Shown: positions 56,701-64,000 of the stretch, piece after piece
Position numbering within the stretch: position 1 is the stretch's first letter
Layout of the letters: the number at the start of each line of letters is the position of its first letter
Source: Bugula neritina
Taxonomy: Eukaryota; Animalia; Bryozoa
Assembly (NCBI GenBank): GCA_964035545.1
Contig: OZ037769.1
Span: forward strand, 8,661,929-8,725,928
Direction: 5' to 3'
Length of the DNA: 64,000 bases
The notes under the pieces: model-generated
What the model saw: the letters and a program-made list of their open reading frames with translations, nothing else
Told to the model about the DNA's origin: nothing
The model's database searches: none
Position numbers and translations under genes: made by a program

Positions 56701-58050
56701 GACTTGTGGAAAAGTTCAACGGAACCCTCAAGAGTATGTTAAAAAAGTTGTGTGCCAAAGAGCCAAGACAGTGGCATCGGTTCATCAATGCGGCTCTATT
56801 TGCATATAGAGAAGTCCCACAGGAATCAACAGGCTTCGCCCCATTTGAGTTACTCTATGGAAGAACTGTGCGTGGACCAATGTACATCCTGCGACAACTT
56901 TGGACAAAAGAAGACACTGCCGATGAAGTCAAGACCTGCTATCAACATGTTTTTGAATTGAGAGAGCGTTTAGATGACATGGTGGAAATGGCGCTAGCTT
57001 CGCTAAAAGACAGTCAAAAAAGATACAAACACTATTTTGACAAGAAAGCTAAGCAGAGAGACTTCAGACCTGGTGACAAAGTGCTCATTCTTCTACCTAC
57101 GGATGGAAATAAATTGCTGATGCATTGGCAAGGACCATTCAATATTGAGGAGAAAGTCAGACTGAATGACTACATTATCAACATTAGAGGCAAGAGGAGA
57201 ACATACCATGCCAACATGCTGAAGAAATATTTTGAGCGGGAGACGCCTACCGACCCTATGACTGTTGGAGCTGTGATGACTCTAGATGCTGCTGGTGCTG
57301 GAATTATTGATCACGATAAGGAAAGAGAAGAATGCCAAGATGTGTTGGACCTGTACAGTAAGAAACAGCAGAGTGATGAGATGGGCTATGTATTTACAGA
57401 ACTTCAGAATCAAGGCGGAGTCAATCAAAGGAAAGGACAATGTTGGAGCTGATTATCCAAGCCGAATTGACTCAGAATTTTAAGTAGTAAGGAGAAATTA
57501 TTAAGATAATTTCTCTTAGAATGGGGGGTTGTCACAAATTCTGAGTGTACATATACCTATGGACTTACCGGGTTTTTCCTAATGATTATATACGAATGTT
57601 CATAAATATTCTAGACTGATCAAAGAGATGGGTCATTGTTCATTGTTATTGTTTTCATTAGTCATGTTAACTACTGCCCAGCAATGTAAACAAGGTGTTG
57701 CGCAATAATTGCGAAATAACCATGGAAATTCCAATGTTTTGTTTTGTTTTGATTTTCTATAAATAGTATTGGCATGTGAGGAATGTTTTCTACTAGAATC
57801 TTCTATACTGGAATGCTTGAGAATGTCCTAGAGTGTTTTGTTTACTATAAATACTGAAGCAGTTGTGTTTACGAATCAGTTCATTTTTATAAGTTCATCT
57901 GCGCATATCTTACTCGAGAAATAAAGTCTACTCATATTCACAACTCTATTTACTCTTAACTGGATTAGCAAGCTGTATGCTACTTGTCTATACACTTCTG
58001 ACTACCAGACTTTTCGAACTCGTCACACTGCTACCAACAGTTTTGTGACA
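53761..58050 (+). mobile_element. Gmr1-like Gypsy LTR element (IN placed before RT) with RT/RNase H deleted, 4,290 bp
   Basis: 521-bp LTRs 53761-54281 and 57530-58050 with one mismatch seen (G54128/A57897); TSD ATGAC; tRNA-Pro-like PBS tgggggctgctccggga; PPT agaatgggggg. Confidence 0.95.
54378..57452 (+). CDS. Gag (SCAN-like capsid, 2 CCHC)-protease-integrase polyprotein, 1024 aa, no RT
   Basis: YLERFEWVA..W..LRG.A; CFICKDKSHIARNC; CDTGC; H..H/C..C, DLVGP, SDQG, NGLVE, WQGPF; RNase H tail NSRVMRWAMYLQ..GKDNVGADY in another frame. Confidence 0.93.
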   Translation: MALLERVTQMGKDLGLVDDKLVAFVEKNLPIVAAQEEKEKDREEKEKDREERRLEREAERIRQENEKAIMEMKIKADQEAEERRQQHELDMEKLKANTSLEHSRHESTRLEIANKPKPKIPFFDEKVDEMDSYLERFEWVAEGCNWDKGDWPYHLSQYLRGTATEAYIRLSPTDRRDYKKVKEALLERFNLTQEGYRKKLREAEAYEDETPAQLFTRIESYVPKWVELSGGMDIAKLVATEQFISSCPDDLAMHLKQSSYNSSEDMCDAASLFLHARGRKLAKTKKTNTKRMENTPTGSMNAEQGSKSDGACFICKDKSHIARNCLRRGKKYCSHCKMNNHNTSDCRKYGGRSVHAAAAIATTQNKTVVTDPGISFKVEEPTEITVNGKKFVNAAVCKNGPKFKDGGTAIFDAEVNGQRATVMCDTGCGCIVVNAKYVQLQHLTGESVYLNMAVASVREAQWALISVRSPFYNGVVKAAVMDKTICDLLIGNVDGARSADQPLENWKDCAVTTRAQAVKEKSGDKPLMIDSNANPLSIGKDEIARLQRDDPTLERFFDAKEVKEKKGCTTRFVVRNKILYREYTDSKSVSVKPVKQLMVPSSLRKEVLQKAHDCIMSGHLGVKKTTDRVLSNFFWPGLNGDVVRFCQSCDICQKTVKKGSVMKVPVQETPLIDTPFKRCAIDLVGPINPPSEKGHRYILTLVDYATRYPEATPLKNIDSATVAEALLDMYSRVGIPEEVISDQGTQFISDYMKEFTRLLDMRQLPTSPYHAMANGLVEKFNGTLKSMLKKLCAKEPRQWHRFINAALFAYREVPQESTGFAPFELLYGRTVRGPMYILRQLWTKEDTADEVKTCYQHVFELRERLDDMVEMALASLKDSQKRYKHYFDKKAKQRDFRPGDKVLILLPTDGNKLLMHWQGPFNIEEKVRLNDYIINIRGKRRTYHANMLKKYFERETPTDPMTVGAVMTLDAAGAGIIDHDKEREECQDVLDLYSKKQQSDEMGYVFTELQNQGGVNQRKGQCWS

Positions 58051-58329
58051 ATGACTGCGGCAAAATTTCGTTTTTTCCTATACTCAATAATAGAGGACCG
58101 GAATACAGAAATCCACCAACAGCAAAAAGGAAAATTTCTTTGAAATAACACTTATTTTTATTTCTATATAGTTTTAATTTTTTTACTTTACCATAATTTT
58201 ACTTATTATTATTTGAATTCCTTGTAAAAATAACATAAATGTTAACAATTCTGACAGCTCAACATGTAAAATATATTTAAAACATTGTCTTAACATTTCC
58301 AACAAGCAAGTCAACATAATTGAAAATAG

Positions 58330-58745
58330 CTTTGTCTAACACTTTCAACAAATATCTGAAAGTGTTGATATATAAAAGCATTGAATTTCCACCAATCTAA
58401 CATTCCAACAAAATAATCAGATAGGGCTCTGTCTAACACTTTCAACAAATGTCCAACACTTTTTTATATATAAAAGCATTGAATTTTCAACAATCTAACA
58501 AAATAATCAGATAGGGCTCTGTCTAACACTTTCAACAAATCTCCAAAAGTGTAGATATATAAAAGCATTGAATTTCCAACAATCTAACAAAATAATCAGA
58601 TAGGGCTTTGTCTAACACTTTCAACAAATCTCCAACACTTTTTTATATATAAAAGCATTGAATTTTCAACAATCTAACAATCTAACAAAATGATCAGATA
58701 GGGCTCTGTCTAACACTTTCAACAAATCTCCAACAATCTAACAAA
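58330..58745 (-). repeat. Right subterminal array of the KDZ transposon (inverted copy of the ~90-bp unit, about 4.5 copies)
   Basis: tctaacactttcaacaaat...aaagcattgaatt...aaaataatcagatagggctctg repeated. Confidence 0.95.
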
Positions 58746-59939
58746 TATGATACACTAGTCAGCCCTTGTCTAACAGTTGTATCCATAGCTTCCTACAATT
58801 CCAAATATGTTGGTAGGACTCATCTAACACAAGTCAAAAGCTTTCAACAAAATGCTATTCAGTGAGGAATTTTTGGTCAAAATCTCCATTTCTGCACCTA
58901 ACTGCATTTTTACAGGACACTATTACTATTATAATTAGTGCCACTAGATTATTACTAGTGTATATTCTATTACCATTACTATTAGTATTACTAGTACTAC
59001 ACTACTACTACTACTAGCAAAACTAAAAGCAATCACTGTAAGTGTAACGGTATTGATAATGACTAAGAGAAAGTCTAATGGTTATAAATAAAAAATTACC
59101 AGTAACACAATTCTACAAGAATTTAGACTTATAAGTTGTATGGTATATCATTATCATAATGATAATCATAATCATAATGATAATGATTACCATTATGATA
59201 ATTTTAATTAATATTATATCATTATGATTATCACTCATCAATTATTATCAGTAATGAGAAATATCAAACAACATATAATATAAAAAAACAATTGCAATTC
59301 AATTCTACAGTAATCATAATGCTAGTAGTAAAAGTTAAATACTAATAGTAATACTTTAATAGACATAGTCGGTATCAAATTCAATATCATACTCAAACAA
59401 TCACAATCAAAATGAATAATTATAATAATTATAATATGATTTAAACTATGAAACATACTTTGACTTTCCCACAAGTTCTTTGTGTGAAGAACTAGAGCTT
59501 GGAACTGCGACCAGTTTATCTACTTCATCAAGTAACTTCTTAGAAGCCATCTATTAGGAAAAAACTGTTGTTTCTAGTTATAAAATTACACTAAAGACAA
59601 GATGAATGGCAATTAGACTTTCATTTTGTTTCAATCATTTGCAAGATCTCCTATTGTCGGGTAATGGTAGCGACTTAGTTTATGAAGCAGAGGTACAGTA
59701 GACAGAAAGCAACGAGTTTGTGTCTGGTTTTCCTGACTTGGTTCCACGGAAGTCCTCAAAGCCTATAGTTATAGTATTGGAAAACCTCACAACACTACCT
59801 ATAAATAATATATAGCTGCACCGAAGGCTACAAATACATGTAGCGGTAATTTGAAGCTGGCACTTTGCAAAGTTGTTTTACAACAGGATAAGGAAATTTT
59901 GGAAAACAGTTAAAATTCATGATGATAAATGATAATTAT

Positions 59940-60520
59940 GATTACGATTACACTTTTACATTCAGTTTCAATATCACTATCAGTATGAGTATGAACATCA
60001 CTGTGGCTATTAGTATTAATATGATCATCAGTCTCACCATCACATTCACTTTCAGTTTCACTATTAGTATTACAGTATGAGTATGAGTATCAGTATGACT
60101 TATAGTTATAGTTAATAAGTTATAGACAACGAGTAATACTATTACTAATAGTAATAGTAATACTAATACTAATAGTAATACTAATAGTATGAGTGTTACC
60201 AGTAATACCAATACTAATAGTAATAGTTATTTTAATGAATTTAATAACAATGGGTATGACTATGCAAACAGTAACACTAACAGTAACAATAACTCAGTCT
60301 AACAAATATAATAATTATAATCATAACTAATAGTAATGTTATTACTTACAGTTAATGTTATAGTTAATGTTATACTTATAGTTAGAGTGTTATAGTTGTA
60401 CTAATAGTAATACACTTACAGTAGGAGTTTCAATATGACTATGAGTATAACTATTAGTAATACTTACATTTACCAAGCCTAGCCATTACTACCACTACAA
60501 GTATAGTAGTATGGATACTA
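59940..60520. repeat. Low-complexity (TAATAG/AGT)n tract
   Basis: Seen directly; produces the spurious L/V-rich ORF. Confidence 0.7.
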
Positions 60521-60539
60521 GTTGATTACTATACCTTTA

Positions 60540-61830
60540 AAGCTATTGAACACTCAGGAGTTATGGTTATGGAAGTGCCTCAGTTGGTTTACAGTGTAAA
60601 ATGTATTTGACTACAGGTAAAATGGGTGTCTTTGATCAAAGTTGGATCCTCAACAGGGTCTGCTTATTCTAGTATAAGCCGTCTTTGGGACCTTATGTAG
60701 AGTGTGTTTAATTGCTTCAAGATTTTTCTTAGTTCAATATGCTGGTCAAGTATTTTGCTGTGGTCACCTAATCTATCTTATACAGAGGTTTGTGCTTTTG
60801 ATCAGCATTTGCATTCAATTTTGTTGAAAAGCATTTTCCAGCTACCCATTTGGGTATAGCATTGATGTTTTCCTGAAACCTCATAGCATCTTCTTTCGTA
60901 TCAACAGCCTGATAAAACAGCGCATCATTGTCACGTTGAACTAAATAAATATTAAAAATAGTTTTAGGGCTAGGACTGAATCTTGTGGTACTCCTAAAGT
61001 TGCTTCTCGTTCTGAGGAAGATTGACCTTTGAAAATTCTACGTTTTGCTCTTTTATATCCACATTTGTGTAATGGGGTGACATGTGCAAGCTTCCACTGG
61101 GTAGGTAACCTTCTGGAATCAATTGGAGCTTGGAATATGTGTTTTAGGTACATGGCTGACATCATAACATCAACAACTAGCCTAAATCTTGTTGTGGATT
61201 TCATCAGGTCTTGCTAATCTTCACAGAATTGATTTTAAAAGTGCTTGTTAAGAATTTATGCACACCGTGTTGCTTCTTCAGTGATATTCTCTTGTGAGCT
61301 GGATAATCTTATATGAGAATCAACATTTGACCTAATATATCTGAGATACTTGTAAAAGGTTTTAAGTTGCCTTTTTGAAGTGGTTTGCATAATTTTTTTA
61401 CTAGATGTTCTCTTTTCTATTTTAGCATTCAGTTTTACTAGTGTGTTTTTCTTCTCCATATTCTTGCAGAGAGCATTTTGCCGCTAGTCTCTTTATACTT
61501 TTTCCACTTCCTTCTGCATCTTTGCATTAGCTTGCATGTTTTCCTATCCATCCATTCTAATTAACTGTTGTTTTTTGCTACGTAATTTGTTGGATATTGT
61601 CATTTCGGGCTCTGACTAGTCCTTGAATATCGTGATTTCACATAGCATCAGTGTTTTCCATTTCAGTCAGTTGGCTAGCTACTTCTTGCATAGATTCATG
61701 ATATTTGTCAGCCTTGCCCTGTTGGTAAAGTTTGATTCCTTTTGGTTTTGCGTTCAATTTTAAGATCAGTTTTATGATATAGGTGTGAGACTCAAGCTAA
61801 GAGTAAGAGAATCTCACTCTGTTAGTCTTG
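60540..61830 (-). mobile_element. Degenerate CR1/L2-type non-LTR retrotransposon RT fragment
   Basis: LPTQWKLAHVTPLHK and GVPQDSVLALKLFLIFI motifs, with stops and deletions. Confidence 0.75.
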
Positions 61831-62753
61831 ATGCATCACATTCATATTCAACAATGATATTTTACTCAGAAGTTGTAGAATTTATCAATTTAAACTTATT
61901 ATAGCGTATATCAGGTATAATGGTAGTAAAGTATCACTCCACTTTTCAAGATAACGGAAATGTTGTTAACTCACTTCATTATTTGATCATGTAACTGTTA
62001 ATGATATGTAACCATTTCTTAGAGTTAGTTTACTGGAAAAGTAAAATAATACAATGCAGTATGAGTATGGAGATTAATTATTTTTGGTTAACTGGATAAT
62101 ACGTTGATTTAATGTTTTTATAGAGGATTTTGTTCAAGGAAAATGACTGTAGACACTCATCTTTTTAAATTAATACGATTATTAGAAATTTTATTATTTT
62201 TCTTTTTCTCCAGCTTCATAGTTATTAATCAATTGTAATTTAACTACTATGTGTTGATTTGTAATGATTTCACTCGCCTTCTTGGTTCATACCTTCTTCC
62301 CTTCTTAGTTCATAGTTTCTTACTAAAGTATTATTATAATTATAGTCTAGGACCTAGGTAATAGTAAATAGCTTCTGCTTCTCAACTTGCTTTATTGGTT
62401 AGGTGATTTTGCTTGGTAGCTAGCTCAAATCTCGAAATGATGTTATTGCTTTATCAAATATATAAGCAATATTAAAGTTTTTGTTCAAATTTATCATAAA
62501 CATGCCTAGAATGTATGTTGTGATCTTTTAAATACTACTATATGGTTATTTTGATCATAAACATTGTATTTGACTATGCTGATAGTATAAAAATTTTATA
62601 CATTGCATGGAACCGCTATTTCATTGTGTTTCTCTCATTGAGTCCACTGATGTATTATGCTTTCAGACTTAATTTAGTAAGTAGTTTTGCATTCAGGTGT
62701 CCCACCATGCTTCAGTAGAACTGATGTAAAGACAGATAAATCTGTTCTAGAAC

Positions 62754-62993
62754 ATGGCATCCAACTTTCAGCTAAATCTTCCTGAACAGAAAACACCTAC
62801 AAAACTGAGGGAATTATGTAATGAGCTCTTATCTTCACCCCTATCGCTGAAACCAGACAATGAGTCTATGGTATCTATGGTCAATACTGGAGGGGTACAT
62901 ATAGCGTCCCTGAGAACTCCTACTAAAGGATTTCCTCCAAAGAATATTGCACCCAAGCATTTAGTTAGTTTGCCTTCTAAAATATATATCAAG
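62754..62993 (+). CDS. Possible coding exon of a neighbouring plus-strand gene, product unknown
   Basis: ttctag acceptor-like site, aacATGg start, 80 open codons, AAG|gtaagg donor. Confidence 0.35.
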
Positions 62994-64000
62994 GTAAGGC
63001 TTGATTAGTAGGAGTACCAACAAAAATACTTCCAACCAATTTTGTTTCTCTGGGAGTTATCTTCTCTGTAGCAGAAGCTTTTTATGTAAACATATACAGC
63101 TTGCACTACATGTTCTGAAATGCTAAAAATAGCACCCTTTCAGCCATAATTGAGCCTTTATTACACTTACTCACTTGAAAATTTGCACTTCTCTGGTATA
63201 TAAATTGCTCTGTTGCAAAACTTATTCAAGCTGTGGTAGTTTCTAAATTGCCAATAGATGACATTGGCAAAGGTCTGCTGAATAATATGAACATGAAGTT
63301 AGACTCATTCCATCCTGTAAACTGTATACCTATGCGCTGTAAGCATTCAAATCCTATTGGCAGGATATTATTCTCTATGTGAGGCAACTTTTACAATTAA
63401 TTCTCAAAATATTTTATATGTAACTCATAGGAGAAAACGTTCAAACTTATAGACTAAAGTTATAACTACATTAATTTATATTGTAATGTTTTAAAATGTA
63501 GCAGGATGTCGGTTTTTTTCTAGAAGCCTAATATAAATGAGAATTAGAAGCTGCTTTGTTGGAGTCATGGAAAAATAGAATATATAGATATATTTTTTAA
63601 TATAATAGTTTTATATTAAAATTAGCTAATTGATATTTAGTTTTCAACATAATAAATTATTATTGTTTTAAAAATTTCTTTTTTAACTTTCATGCCCCCT
63701 AAAATACATTTTACAGTAACTTTAGGAGTGTTTTATGCAAGTTGTTGGAGTTTTCACCACCACATCATGAGCTGAGATGAAAGTAATAAGAGTTAAATGA
63801 GAAAATAATATATTTTTAGAGCTTTCTGTTGAAAGTCAACTACAACTAAATGTTTAAGTCCAGGGAACTCTGAATTTTAACTGAAGTTGGAGTTTTGTAG
63901 TGACTTCAAGGACTTTACACTAGAGTTTGGAATTGATTATTTCATGTAATTTCATGAGCTATGTCATACAAAGGTGTGACTGTAAGAAAGACCACTAAGT

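Larger units (their letters stand above)
51366..58143 (+). pseudogene. Kyakuja-like KDZ transposase (CxC5 + CxC6 + KDZ catalytic core), about 555 aa reconstructed; exons about 51349-51524, 51899-52054, 52492-53760 + 58056-58143; disrupted
   Basis: LCCDQ|IMK..VVVYT..CSKCKTAY (CxC5); HNCKIKGC..CDGNEKINRRIC..CCPNTP..YCKDH (CxC6); KPCGII, YDRAC, VDRFH..H, NTECAEQTFSWL; +1 frameshift in A8 (53311-18); C-terminus MTAAKFRFFLYSIIEDRN resumes after the Gmr1 insertion. Confidence 0.85.
39774..58904 (+). mobile_element. KDZ-superfamily (Kyakuja-like) DNA transposon carrying a DUF3987-like ATPase gene; 19,131 bp with nested insertions, about 8 kb without
   Basis: 8-bp direct repeat CATTTTTA at 39766-39773 and 58905-58912; TIR TAGGTGCAGtAATGGAGAT / TAGGTGCAGaAATGGAGAT; inverted subterminal arrays; CxC5-CxC6-KDZ transposase inside. 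Confidence 0.85.

Noticed and set aside
59948-60211. Hydrophobic membrane-protein ORF
   Set aside because: Low-complexity simple-repeat translation.

Overview
AT-rich, intron-containing animal (invertebrate-like) genomic DNA. 1-31.2 kb: a minus-strand multi-exon host gene whose first coding exon carries a KRAP/SSFA2 (ITPRID)-type IP3-receptor-binding motif; its introns hold micro/minisatellites, a 557-bp near-perfect TTAA-flanked hairpin element, and SINE/LINE debris. 32-37.4 kb: two convergent, degenerate B-box/coiled-coil paralogues, one with an NHL-like propeller. Main feature: a 19.1-kb DNA transposon (39774-58904) with an 8-bp TSD (CATTTTTA), short imperfect TIRs and inverted subterminal ~90-bp repeat arrays. 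It carries two divergent spliced genes: a Kyakuja/KDZ-type CxC5-CxC6 transposase (+) and an apparently intact 8-exon, ~475-aa DUF3987/YfjI-like AAA+ ATPase/helicase (-). Nested inside it are (i) a deleted BEL/Pao element bounded by two inverted, outward-facing LTRs, (ii) a Mag-like Gypsy with identical LTRs inside the BEL, (iii) a Gmr1-like Gypsy (Gag-PR-IN intact, RT/RNase H deleted) splitting the transposase, and (iv) a hAT-like MITE. A CR1-like LINE relic and a possible plus-strand exon follow. All exon models and family calls come from manual reading and motif recognition, not database searches.
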